Of a stretch of 64,000 nucleotides of DNA, positions 50,592 through 63,740 are shown in pieces. Each line of letters begins with the position of its first letter. Within the stretch, counting starts at the first letter, position 1. A program made the position numbers and the translations under genes. Origin of the DNA: Lama guanicoe (lineage: Eukaryota); NCBI GenBank assembly GCA_013239625.1, contig MU053304.1, positions 1,550,001-1,614,000 of the forward strand. The letters run 5' to 3'. The notes beneath the pieces are model-generated. The model made no database searches. It worked only from the letters and a program-made list of their open reading frames with translations, and had not been told where the DNA came from.

Positions 50592-50796
50592 CAGTGGACC
50601 CTTGAATAAAACGGTTTTGAACTGTGTGGATCTATGTATAGGCAGATTTTTTTTTCACTAACTATATACTGTAGTACTACACCATCTGAGGTTGGTTAAA
50701 TCCTCGGATGCAGAACCTCCTCCAGGGAGTGTGGACTGTGAAGTTTTAGGAGGGTTTTCAACTGCATGGAGGGTTGGTACCCCAAATCCCTGCACT
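50592..50796. mobile_element. Tigger2a/MER8-like fragment
   Basis: TA|cagtggacccttgaataaaacggttttgaactgtgtggatc resembles the Tigger2 TIR. Confidence 0.7.
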
Positions 50797-53160
50797 GGAT
50801 TTTCTTTCAAACTGCTGCTTTGATGCTTGAGCTGCAGAGGTGTTTTCAGTTTGGACTATTACAAATAAAGTTTCTATAAATATTTTTGTACAGATTTTTA
50901 CCCTCTTTTACCTTTTTTACATTGTTAGCCATCTTCTATTAGTTAACAATTATTTATAATAAATTGTCCCCAGTAAAGTAAGTGTGGTTTCTATCTCCTC
51001 AATGGACTCTGCTTGAGATACCTAGAATGACTCTTTTGTCGTTCATTTTGCAGGGTACTTGGTGATAGCTTTTAATCTGGAGATGCTTCATGTCTAGGAC
51101 ACTTTCTTGTATAATTTTTTCGGGAATTCCTTTCTTCCAGATATTGGACATCCAGGTCTAATTTTTTATCTTCCCCCCACCACCCACATTGTCTGTTTCT
51201 TACTTTTGTTTCCTTTTTTTCTAGGAGCAATTCTCAATTTTATCTTCCAAATATTTTATGGAGTTTTCCATTTTTCCTATTATATTTTTATTTTCTAAAA
51301 GCTCTTTTTAATTTACTGAATGTTTCTTTTTTATTGAATGCTGTTCTTGTTTCATGGATACAATGTATTTTCTAATCCTTCTGAGGATGTTACTGATGAG
51401 AATTTTGTTTGGTCTTTGTGCATTGTTTTTACTTTTTCCCAAATTACATTTCCTGTATGTTGTTGTTGTTAATTTGTTTTGGCTTTCCCCAAAGCCTGAT
51501 AGTTCTTCACTGTTCTTGTGTATTCAGGAATGGGGTGCCAGGAATCTGATCAGATGCTCTGAGCATTTGAGCAGGGTTTATTCAGAGGAGGACCTCACTG
51601 TAGGGTGATCAGCTGAAGCTCTCTGGATGGAGGTTTAACATCCTGAGATATCTTCTCTTGGTCTGATAAAGAATCTTCCAGCTTTCTGCCTAGAGGGTAT
51701 AAACCTGGCTGCCTACAACTTTCTATGAGCCACTGGGAAGCCAGAGTGGACCCCCCAGGTTAGTATGTGGATTTTCATTTAATCCCTTGCTCCATATTCA
51801 GCTCTGAGTCCTTCTGTCCACAGTAGTCTGGGATCCTGAGTCCCCAGTATCCCTAGCTTACCCTTCCAGAGACCAAACTTCTGGTCTTCTCCTGAGGGGT
51901 GAGGCAGAGCTGCTGCTGGTTGTGCAGAGGGGAGGAGGGGATGAAGAAGAAGGTGGTTCTAACCACATCTTAAACAGGATGTCAAGCATCCCTACTGTTT
52001 TCAGGTCCTTTTTACCTCAGCTTTCAAAAGAACTTGTTTCCACCCATTCCTGAGCCACTCTGCTCTGAAGTTCTGGGGCCCAAATCTGATTACTTCCTGC
52101 CTCCTCTACTACTAGCTTAGGTTTCAGATTTTTCAGAGCTGTTAAATCAGCTCCCAGTAAGACATCTGCTTTCCAGCAAGCAAAATTGTTGCCTTTGTCG
52201 CATTTCCCATTTTCTTTGTCCTTGTGGGTTTATGCTTTACAAAAACCCTGTAATTGTTGTTTTAGTGGCATTGCCAGAGGGAGGGAAGATATATAATAGT
52301 ACTTTAACTAGAAGCTGCACTTTGTGTATCCTTAAGATGTTTAAAATGCTGTCAAGAATCTGACATACTACATTCATTATAATTTAAATACATAAGTTAC
52401 TGCAAATGACTAAGTTGGTAGTCAGTGTTTAAATTTAGGAATATCTACTAAATTGATAATGGTTTTAAGATGTTTAAAAGCTTAAAAGAGTTTGAGCATC
52501 CACATTTTTAAGTTTGTTTCATCACAGCTTTTTAAAGACACAATTTGATTTTGTTAGATTTGTAATTGTCTCTTTAGATTTTAGAAATGCTTGAGAAAAC
52601 CAAATATATTAAGTTCATAATATAGATTGAAATGCTTAAGAGGATTTAATCAAGTTTATCAGTGTTATTTAAGTTTAAGAGAATTTGATGTGTTCGGATT
52701 ATAAATTTTGTGGCTTTAATTTGTAATTTTTACGGTAATTTGATTAAGTTTGTAAACAGTGCTTAAATGTTAAAGGGGTTACAATTTGTTGAGTGTGTAA
52801 GCTAATTAAACATTAATCAAAGAACAATGGAAATGAGTGTTTTTAATTTTAATCCAAAATTACTTGATTTATAATTGAATTTACTAGGTTTGTAAGTTGT
52901 ACTTGAAGGTTTAAAGAAAAACAGTTTTTTTTCATTTCTAACCTTAGTTGAATATTTATAATAAACACAAATAATTGTAACAAATTAAAATGTTTTTAAT
53001 AGATTATAAATAATTACAAATAATTGTAAAACAGTTTTAAAAATCAGATTTAAAAGATCTACTCAGGAATTTTTGGGAATACTGGATGGCCACTTGGTAA
53101 ATGAAAATTGATTTATGCCTCACACCAGGATAAACTCCAATAGATCAAAGATCTGCATGT

Positions 53161-53248
53161 TGAGTTCAGATTTTTCGAGCCAAGCCACCTGTTTTCCTTG
53201 CTTGGCCTTGCAATCAACCTTTCTATGTTAAAACAAAACAAACAAAAA
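53161..53248 (+). mobile_element. Polyadenylated ERV1-LTR fragment with TSD
   Basis: Resembles LTR 5332-5405 in this window, ends in an A-rich tail, and is flanked by ctgcatgt (53153-53160, 53249-53256). Confidence 0.7.
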
Positions 53249-54010
53249 CTGCATGTAAAAAAATGAGACCATACAAGGACTAGAAGGAAAAAAAAAAAAG
53301 ATGAATTATTTTATCTTTCTAACTATATCTCGAAATCCAAAAGTTAGAAAAGAGAAGATTGATACATTTGATTATATAAATACAAAAAACTTCTTCAGGG
53401 CAAAGTCTGCAAAGACTTATATGGAAATGTTTAAAGCAGTTCTGTTCATAATAGCTCCAAACTGGAAACAACCAAAATGTCCATCAACTGGTAAACAGAT
53501 AAATACATCCATATGACAAAATATTACTCAGCAATAAAAAGAATTGCTGTTACGTGCAAAAACATGGTTGAATCTCAAAAGCACTGTACTATTTCAATAT
53601 TACAAGATATTGAAAGAAGCCAGATATATTCTATGATTCCATTTAGGGCATGTTGGAAAAAGGCAAAACAGAAATCAGGTCAGTGGTACTGGTGGAGGGG
53701 GAAGGGCGGGTTGGAGGTGGGAAAGGAGACTGACCACAAGGGGATATGAGAAAACTTTTGGGGTGGGTGAAAATATCTTATATCTTTATTAAGGTGGTGG
53801 TTATACATTTGTTAAGTTTTATGGAAACTTTTAGGGGTGATTTTTACTGTATTGAAAGCTTAACAATAGGCTTGATTTTAAAATAAAAACACAAAACAAA
53901 GACAAAAAAAATAAACTGGGAAAAACAGTCACAATTAATATCACAATAAAGGGTTAATCTTCCTAAAGAGTTTGTAGAAAGAGAGAATAGACCAACAAAT
54001 TAATATTTTA

Positions 54011-54226
54011 ATGCTTAGCATGCATGAGGTTCTGGGTTCAATCCCCAATACCTCTATTTAAAAATAAATTAATTACATAATAAACTAATTATCCCCGCCC
54101 CGAAAAGAGTGCTCTGTTTGCTGTACCAGAACTTGACACAACATTGTAAACTGACTATAACTCAATAAAAAATACATATACAATACAATTTTAAAAAAAA
54201 GAACAACAAAATAAAATAAAATAAAA
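54011..54226 (+). mobile_element. 5'-truncated Vic-1-like SINE immediately followed by an L1 3' tip
   Basis: atgcttagcatgcatgaggttctgggttcaatcccc..., then tttgctgtaccagaacttgacacaacattgtaaactgactataactcaataaaaa. Confidence 0.8.
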
Positions 54227-54974
54227 GAAGCAAAAGGCAGGAAAACCAAGTTCACAGGAGAAAAATTCACATGGCCCACAAGCATGAAAAGATGCTCAGT
54301 TCCAGTCATGAAACAGAAAAGCATATTAAAATCACACTGAGGTATATGTTTTCTGTTTCTCATCTATCCAGACAGACAAAATCCAAAACTGAAGATACAC
54401 TGTTAGCAAGGCTGTGGAAAAATAGGTAGTCTCATCACTGTGGTACAAAAGTTTAGAGAGGGAAATTTCACATGATCTAATAAATAAAGTTCTCCATTCA
54501 GGTATTATTGGCAAAAGCTAAAGACTGGAAGCAACCTGGGTCCAGTAACTGGAGACTGGTGGGATAAACTTGACCTCCACACAAAGGAGTACTTGTTATC
54601 ATTCTCCATCCTAAAAAAATGAATGAGGAAGATCTCTATGTGCTGCTGTAGAGTGATCATCAGAACACATTACGAGATGAATCCTCCGACTAGGATATAA
54701 GGTCCACGACGCTGGGAGTCCTTGTCTGTTTTTCTCATTATTATCTCAAAATCTAGAACAGTGTCAGTAATACAGTAGGAGCTAAAAAAAATTGTTGAAT
54801 TAATGAATTGCTTGATCATAATATGTTGTTTTCATTTGCCCTTATGGGTTATCTTTTTCTTACCAATTCTTTTTATATTAGTGATTAGAATTCTTTGATG
54901 AAGGTGTCAGACTGACATTGTTTACGCTGTCTACACCATTTCAGAAACACAACATTTTTTCCTATACTTACATC

Positions 54975-55165
54975 TTTTTATTAATTTTAATTTTTTGTTG
55001 AAGTATAGGTATTTACAATGTTTCAGATGTACAGCAAAATGATTCAATTATACATATATATACAAATATGTATTTTTTCAGATTTTTTCCCATTATGGGT
55101 TATTACAAGATATTGAATATAGTTCCCTGTGCTACACAGTAGGTCCTTGTTATTTATCTATACTT
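54975..55165 (-). mobile_element. L1 3' end
   Basis: tttcagatgtacagcaaaatgattca...gaatatagttccctgtgctacacagtaggtccttgtt. Confidence 0.85.
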
Positions 55166-56616
55166 CAATCTTGAAATCTTCCTTTATGGCTTTTGGGTTT
55201 CCCATATTAAGGCTTCCTATACTTGAAGGTTACTCATATATTTTCCTAAACTACATTCCTAATATTAATATCAATATAATTCACTGCATCAGTAAAGAAA
55301 AGATATCCTAGGATTTGATTAATCAATGCCCAAAAATGCTGACAAAATTCAGTAGCCATCCCTAATATAAATTCTAAGTAAATAGTAACAGAATGAAATG
55401 ACAAAATCTGTTTATATACACACACTCACATATAAACAAGTCCATACACCAGGTAAACATCATATTGAATGGTAAAATACTGAAGCCTTGACATTTAAAT
55501 CAGGAACGCTATTATTCAACACTACTTTTGGTTTTCCAGATAGTTCAATAAGATAAGAAAATAAGTGGAAGGAAGAGAAGGTGTTTTAATAGATATGATA
55601 GCTAAGAATCTATTCAAATTCATGAAAAATTTAATAGGGAGATTGGATATAAGAAATATACCTAAAATAGCTTTTATTTATAATATAATAATTTATATGA
55701 TATAAGCAGTTAGAAATGGATATGGGAAAAAATGTACCCCACACACAATAATTTAAAACACCAAAATACCTTAAAATAACCAACATAAAGGTTATAGAAT
55801 GTAATAAAAAAAAAACTATTCAATTTTGTTGATGGTCCTAAAGCCAACAATTTGAGAAGCATTTCATATTCTAAGACTGGAAATTTCTATTTCATAAAAA
55901 AAGAAACTCACCATTTTTCAAGTTAATATATAAAACTAATGCAACACCAATCAGAATTCACCTTTCTATTTTACTAAGAGGATAAAATTTTAAAAAGTTC
56001 ATATGGCAAAATAAATGTGAGAAAATTGCCAAGAAAATCTTGGGAAAAAGAGACTAATGCCTTGCAATATATTAAAATGTAATATAAGGTGATTATAAAT
56101 AAACAATATGGTATTTGTATATAATAAACAAATATATTGGCAGAATGGAATAAAGTTTAGATGTATATGGTAAAGGTATTATTTCAACTTGGGAAGTAAA
56201 GGATAATTTATTTAATAAATAGTGTTGATATGGTAAGCCATCCATCTAAAAGAAAGAGCTTCTAACTTCTACCTCCAACTACATTCAAAAATAAAATATG
56301 GATGGATTATTATGATAAATGCAAAAAGCAATAATATAAGATTTTAGGGGAAAAGTATTACTTTAAAAAAAAATAATACCATTTTTACTTTATAAAATGG
56401 CACAGAAACCAGGGATAGCACTACATTAAGAATGATTAAGAATTCTTTAGTACCATTATTATTCTCTGGCTGAAATCTTGGAATCAGAATTCTAGAGATG
56501 CCAGATTAGAAACTACTATTTTTGACTTGATAGTTCACTACAGAGGTGGTAGCTATTAGATTTGCTCCCTCTTCTAGGTCTTGAGATTCAGAAATGTAAC
56601 TTTAAGCAATATTCTT

Positions 56617-56750
56617 GAAAACTTTTTTTTTTTTAGTGGGGGAGGTATTTGGTCTATGTATTTATTTTTGGAGGAGGTACTGGGGATTGAACACAGGACT
56701 TTGTGCATGCTAAGCATGTGCTCTATCACTTGAGCTATACCCACCTCCCC
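56617..56750 (-). mobile_element. Vic-1-like SINE
   Basis: Perfect 15-bp TSD ttaagcaatattctt (56602-56616, 56751-56765). Confidence 0.92.
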
Positions 56751-59700
56751 TTAAGCAATATTCTTTATTAAAAACTATTCAATTACAATAAATCATATTG
56801 GAGGTCCTACTGAATTCACGATTATGGTCATTTTCTCCTCACCATGCTTAAAGACGTGGCCCTTTATCCCTCAAACACAATCTCATACTGGGCACATTTT
56901 CTGAAATCAAAACCTGCACAATATTTTGTGCAAAGGAAAGAGTAAGTAAGAAAACTACACATACTGATGATAAAATTTTTTTTCCAAAAGACATCTAACA
57001 CAAGTACTTAATGATTCAGGGAGAAAAAGAGTCATACAAGTAATGACAGGATTGAAAAAGGTTATCATACCAAAGTGGATGGGATGTCACTGTGTTCTTA
57101 CAGTGTGAAGGCACAAATGAGGCTTCAAGTGCATCGGAGGAGGTGTTTTGGACCCAGAGGGACATTCCAGCTCAAGGATTTACTAGTGGGTGACCTTGGG
57201 CAGGGTTCATAATCTCTGTTTGCCTGCTCTTGTTGTTCATATCTTCTGGGAGGATTAACATGAACTGATATGTGTAAATGTGTTTAGCAGAGTACATTCT
57301 AATTTTTCTTTCCTATCAAATTATTCCTGGAATTTGTTAACTGGAAAGGCCAGGAATACAGATGTCATTCCCTAGGTTTAGAAGAAGCGCAGATCCACTC
57401 TTGCAGTTCCAGTTAAAGAACTTGATAAAACCCACAATTTTCTAAGTCTGGAGATGGTGGGACCATTCCCAAGTGCAGAAAGGCAGTGTCAATCAAGGTC
57501 ACGCCAGTCAATTCTAGCACATACTTTGTAGAGGCCTGACCCCAAAATACTAAGTGTGTCTGCCAGATGAGTGTGCTAGAAATCTCAAAGAAATCAAAGG
57601 ACTCTACAAACAATAAGACCAAACCAAGAGAAAAAAAAAAAAAAAGATAACATTTTTTTTTTTTTTATCTTAGTACAATATCATCTTCTGGAACAATGCC
57701 TGGAAAAAATAATGCAATCTGGAACCCTCTCTCCAAACCCTTCCTGGATATGGGCAGGAAAAGTGACTAAGCAGGCTGGAAGGCGCAGGTGTCTACGACT
57801 GACTCCGCTTCACAGAGGCCATTTCGGAACGTGCCTGCCCCTACACCTGTAAGCTGCTGCTTTATAAAACTACTATTTACAATTGGAAGGTGTCTATGAT
57901 TTTGCTTCTGGTACCAAATAGGGTATGATCTATGCGCTGAGAAGTCATAGCACTTCAGTCATTGCACATTTCATAAGCACCTAGGGCACTGTACCATTTT
58001 AGGTGAAACAGACAAACCCTTCCCCTCATGGAGATGACATTCTATGGGGGGAGGAAAGGGAGACAGACAATAAACAAGACAAGTAGGTATATTTCATAGT
58101 GTGTTAGAATGTGGTAAATGCTGTGAGGAAAAATAAACTAGGAAAATAAAATAGGGTTGTAGGGCACGGAATGGGGGTTCCATTTAAATGGGTGGTCAGG
58201 GTAGGTGTCATTAGAGCCTTTCTGATGCCAGATGATGAGTCATAGGAGCTAGTAAACCACTTTGCTCCTCACCCAGCAGGCTCTGTGGAGCCCTTCCAAG
58301 CATGCACGTGGCAAGCAAAGTTCCCTCTTAGTGTCCTATCCTGAAACTGAGTTGCTCCCTGGAGACAAATGGTACCTGTATTTTATAGCATAACCCTGGG
58401 ATTACATCTAATGGACTTTCCTGCTGACCTGTAGATTATAAGGGCAAAAAAGCTATCATGAACACTTTATTCAAATGTTTTGATATCCACTCATGCATTT
58501 GTTTTCATGCTTACATGCTTTCTATAGCTAGCAACTTGAAAGCTCTTGTCCAGAGCATCCTGGCTGCATAGCCCAACCCATCTTCCATGTAGAAGATTCT
58601 CACAAATGCAATGAGTTACTGGCCTTTGGATGATCAGCATCCTGCTCCCTGTCCAGTATCATTTCTCATCATCACTCCAGCGAGCTGTCTGGAAGTACCA
58701 TGTTTTGATTATACTGCCAAACATTTGCACTTGAGTGTCCAATGCCTAGAAAGTACTCTCCTGCCTTGTCCTTCTGAAAAAATTCATTCTTCAAGACTTC
58801 ATTTGAGTCACTTCTATTGTGTCATGAAAGTTGGTCAAAGATCTTATTTCTCCTCCACTCACATGGCTTGCTGGATTAACAAATGTTTTCTACCTTCTGC
58901 AAAACACTTAGCCCTCAATATATGATCAGACTTCCAAAATGATTTGAATCAAATCCTCAAAGGGTTTATATTGATGGCCACATTTCCATTTACTTATTGA
59001 GTCAATACATTTATCAATCAAATAAATATTTATTTCATCCTAATGACTTGCAAGGTAGTGAGCCAGGCAGCTGTTTGTGCATGGGACAGGGGAGTGTAAA
59101 AAATGAATAGTCTTGTTCAAAACTATACACGTAGAGCCAGAATATGAACACAAAGTAATGTAGAACAATTATTTGTGTTGCCTCGTAAAAGATGAGTATA
59201 TGGCTTTAACCACTCAGAATCTATGCTGTTATACTAACGTAGTGAACAGGACTCTCATTTTCTTAACACAAATGCACAAGAAATAATTTTTTTTCTGTAT
59301 GTCGATGCTATTTCATTTTAGAATAGATAATAAATGCACATGGTTAAATGAACAGGGTAAACAGGGAAAAGCCTCTCTGTTCCAACCCCAAGAGAATGTG
59401 TTTCCTAAACCTAATCTCCATCACTTTGGCACCTCCCTTTCTCTCTGCTCCAGGCTGAATTTAAGTTTCAGAGGAGAGGTGAGTCCTCCATGCCATTATT
59501 TACAAGCCAGCAACAGGTGAGGTGTCCTCCATCCCATCTGCTCTTGGGTTGTCACAGCGCAGGTCTGCAGCAGTCTCTTCTTGGTCAGGTCCCCTTGTGG
59601 CAACATGCGCTCTCCACTGGTCGATACAGAAGGATCTCCTGTCGTCTGACTCCGCGAGTCCTGCAGGAGGCACAGGGGCTGGGAGGCCTTGAGGTCTGTC

Positions 59701-60019
59701 CAGCCACCACCTTTTCTTGCAATGTGCTGGTGGCAGTGGGAGACCCCAAGCAGATTCTCCAATCCCTCACCTACCTGGAGGCCTCAATCTACCTGGAGAG
59801 TCTGTTGCATTTTTGACCTTCACGCCCAAACCAGCTTAGAAGAACATGGCCAAGGACTCTCCATGTGGATCTGCAGCATCTAAATCCTCCTTCCCTTCTG
59901 AATCTCTTCTCCCATCTACAACAGGGAGGTTTGCTTGGTTGGAGAATAGCGGGACAGGCTCTCTGCACGTTCTTCTTCTTTTAAAAATTTTTAGTTAAAT
60001 TCTTTTAAATTAAAATTTT

Positions 60020-60098
60020 AATTTAAAAAAGTTTTTTTTTAATTAACTGGAGTACTGGGGATTGAACCCAGAATGCTAAGCACTTGCTATACCCTCCC
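60020..60098 (-). mobile_element. Internally deleted Vic-1-like SINE
   Basis: gagtactggggattgaacccagaatgctaagcacttgctataccctccc lacks central segments present in other copies. Confidence 0.75.
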
Positions 60099-61031
60099 TG
60101 CTCTCCGCACCTTCTAAACAAACTGTTGTAGGTGCCAAAAACTTCAGTCGCCCTCCCCCACCCAAAGTTTGGGCTTTTGAAATTTAAAATGTTATGCCCT
60201 TGCATCTCAAAGCCTGGTCTTAGAGGAACGCCCCTAAGGCTAGGAATGAAGTTGATTTAAGGCAGGAAAGCAGTTATTGTGAGGGGAAAGAAGATAAGAT
60301 AATTCAAGGAATAGTCCTCAATTAAGCCTTAGGTTTTGTCTGGCCTGCCATCTGGCCCAAATATATAACTTAAAACAAAGCAATGCCTAAAAATGTTTAT
60401 ATGAGATACAGAAATTAAAATAATTTATGAAATGTTTTCTTGGGGAGAAAAAGCATTTTTTGGAGACATGTTTAAATGAAACACATTTTATTCAAAAAGT
60501 TCTTTTCCCAAGTTATATCCATGACCACAGTGCAAGCTGGGGTGAGAGTTTTCACGTCAGTATTGATGAAGTTCCATTCTCAGGCTCAAGTTGAACAGCT
60601 GGCCAAAGCATCCTAGGCTCTATTTCAGCCAAACTAGAATTAAGGAAAATTATCTGGAAGCATCTGACAAGGTTTCTAGTCTCTGACTTCTGATCTTGGG
60701 CAGAATTCAGCTTATCTCCACACCTCCTTTCTCTCCTTCATTCTCCTGCAGACTCGGTTCTTGATTTGCTATTTGGGCTGTGGTTATAATGCAAGGTCTT
60801 GGTCCCATACTTCTTGCCAGCTCCCCTGGGCCAGTCCTAGGGCTCAGGGTGGCTCCTGGAAGCTATGTGCTAAGGTTCATTTTTCCTTAGACGAACGAAT
60901 GTAAAATTTCCTCCAGATGGCTGCCATCCACTGTATCGCCTGATTTTTAGAGGCAAGATTCTCAAATTGTACTCTGTGTATTGTCTCAAATTCCTCACCC
61001 CATCTCTTTTCAACCTGCTGAACCCTTGCTC

Positions 61032-61601
61032 TGTAAGCAGACAGGGTAGGGAGTGCAGAGAAGGAGAATCAGATCTGGTTTTTCTTGACAGAAGAAAAGC
61101 TATTGGTGGCCTCAGCCATTTTGTGATCTAAGCCTGGCCACCACGCTTGCCCTTGAACAGGTCTCAGTATTTACTGATCTTGAAGGAATAAAAGAATGCA
61201 GAAACAACTGTTATCAGGCAAGAGAAGTAACAATAGCAAAGATAATGCATCAGTTGTAAAGACTCCGGTTCTGTTTCAAGATTAGCCTGAAGTGCTCAAC
61301 ACACCAGAGCCACTGGAACCTAAGGAGGATGATATTAACCTTTTCTGACTCTGGTGACTTCAATCAACTGAAGCTTGGACTCTGTCCATCCAATCAAGCC
61401 TCTTCATGAATATTCATATACCCTTAGCTTAAAACATATCCAGTTTTGCTGTTCGAGGAGACAGCGAGCGCTTTGGGAAAGATCCCCGGTATTGTCCTTA
61501 CTCACTGCAAGTAATAGTAAGTCCTTCCTTCTGCTGATCTTTGTCTTGGTTGTGTCTTTTGGCTCGACACCCAAGAGAGGAACCCAGTTTTTTGGGTAAT
61601 A
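61032..61601 (+). mobile_element. ERV1-type solo LTR
   Basis: Starts TGTAA and ends ggtaaTA (likely CA>TA), with exact 4-bp TSD GCTC (61028-61031, 61602-61605). Confidence 0.82.
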
Positions 61602-62987
61602 GCTCAGCACTCCTTCATGGGCACTGTTATTTCTTAAGTCAACACTGATCTCTGTAGCGGCTTAATTGGGAAACATTCATTTATTCAAAAAAACTGAGTG
61701 TCAACCGTGTGCCATGCACTTACTGTTCTGCGTGCTAGGGTCACAGCAGTGTACGAAGAAATTAAAAGTCCCTGTCTCCGTGGAATTTACATACTAACAG
61801 GGGGAGAGGGACCAGGTAGATTTACTTATTTTTTAATTGTCCCTATTTCAGTGATATCTCAATCTCAACCCCCAAGACAGAAAGCTGGAAAAGCCTTTTC
61901 ACCCCAATTTAATCCATCACTAAGTCTCATACAGCTCCTAAATCTCTCTCTAATCCACCCCTTCTCTGTATTCCCATGACTTGCCTTAGTTTGGCCACAA
62001 GAGAAATGTTTACACCATAGAAATTGGCAATTGCTACACATCGGGGCTTCCTCCCTTGGGAGAACCAGTTGTAAAGCATTTACCAGCGTTAGTGATTAAG
62101 GAACCTTAACTGTTTTCCTTCTGGACAAGGACAGAGGTTTTCTATTCCCCACCAAACCCTGTTTCACCTCCCTGGAAGTCATCCTGCATACATCTGCTGC
62201 CAGAGTGCCCCTTCTAAAACATGAATATGATCATGCCAACCCTCTGGCTGAAACTCTTCTAGAGTTCCCCATTCCTTCTAAGGCATCGACATAATAAAAC
62301 ACCCCTTGATCTGGCCCTCCTTATCTGTCCCAGCCTATGTCTCACCTTGGGTTTCAGGCTGTCTCCATCCCAGCACCTGTATTTGTCTTGCACTGCCCAG
62401 TGTCTTTGCGTTGGCTATTCCTTCTGCCTAAAATACTTGGCTAATTCCCAGCCATTTCACACAAGACTGTTAAGGCAAGGCATTTTGAGCTCACTTTACA
62501 AGGCCAGGCTTGTTAGATGCCTCTTCCATGTGCCCTCTCAGGACCCTGTGTGTGAATCAGTTATAGCATGTGAGCCACTGTATGGAAACTGGTCTACTTC
62601 CTGTGGACTTCCTGCTTACCCTACTTGGGGCTGTGACCTTCACTCTGTTCCTGGAGGACAGGGCTCTCTGTAGCCCTATCCCTGGCCCTTTCCTCATCTC
62701 ACCATGTAGACTCTACACAGTCTTCCTGGGTGATCTCATCCATTCCTAAGACATCTTCCTTGGCTTCTTATCATCTGTGTGCTGATGATTCACCACTTAT
62801 ATCTCCAGCCCAGATCTTTTGGCCTAATGAACATCTCTACCTGGATATGTCACCTCAATATCTTCTCCTCTAGCCTCCTCTTCCTGGGCTCTTGTGTCGG
62901 TGAATGGCATCACAGGGGTTGGCAAACTCCAGCTAGCAGGCCAAATATGCCCACAGCTTGAGCTAAGAATGGTTTCTACATTTTTAA

Positions 62988-63187
62988 CGTAAATGTCCAT
63001 CGACAGATGAATGGATAAAGAAGATGTGATACAGTGGAATATTACTCAGCCACAAAATAGAATGAAATAATGCTATTTGCAGCAACAGGGATGGACCTAG
63101 AGATTATCATATTATGTGAAATTAGTCAGACAGAAAGACAAACATTATATGATGTTGATTATATGTGGAATCTAAAAAAGAAATATG

Positions 63188-63223
<36 letters not shown>

Positions 63224-63536
63224 TTTTACTTATAAACCACAAATAAACTCATGGACATAGAAAACAAACTGTGGTTACCGGGGGGAACAGGGGGTGGATA
63301 GATTCAGAATTTAGGATTAACAGATACACATTACTATATATAAAATAGATAAACAGCAATGACCTGCTGTATAGCACAGGAAATTATATTCAATTTCTTG
63401 TAATGAACTATAATGGAAAATAAACTGAAAATATGTATGTATATATGTATACGTATAACTGAATTGCTCTGCTGTACAACTAAAACTAACATTGTAAATC
63501 AACTACACTTCAATGAAAATAAGAATTAAAAAAAGA
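62988..63536 (+). mobile_element. L1 3' portion containing a (CA)n repeat at ~63192-63220
   Basis: 23-bp TSD aagaatg(g/c)tttctacatttttaa at 62965-62987 and 63537-63559. Confidence 0.9.
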
Positions 63537-63571
63537 AAGAATGCTTTCTACATTTTTAAAAAGGAAAGAAC

Positions 63572-63740
63572 GGGGGAGGGTACAGCTCAAGTGGTAGAGT
63601 GCATGCCTAGCATGCACGAGGTCCTGGGTTCAATCCCTGGTACCTCCTCCAAAAATAAACAAACCCAATTACCTCACCCTCAAAAACAATTTAAACAAAC
63701 AAACAAATAAAAGTAAAGTACAATAACAAAAAAACCCCAC
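63572..63740 (+). mobile_element. Vic-1-like SINE
   Basis: gggggagggtacagctcaagtggtagagtgcatgcctagcatgcacgaggtcctgggttcaatcc. Confidence 0.92.

Larger units (their letters stand above)
53040..56400 (+). mobile_element. Fragmented ancient L1 with several younger nested inserts
   Basis: ORF2 and 3' UTR motifs (aactggaaacaaccaaaatgtccatcaactgg; catgaaaagatgctcagttccagtc). Confidence 0.65.

Noticed and set aside
59490..59890. GC-richer block with overlapping ORFs, possibly a processed pseudogene
   Set aside because: No recognisable protein, tail or TSD; possibly an old LTR, but I cannot assign it.
63572..63650. tRNA genes suggested by A/B boxes (this copy and the similar ones)
   Set aside because: They have A-rich tails, TSDs and divergent bodies, so they are SINEs rather than functional tRNAs.
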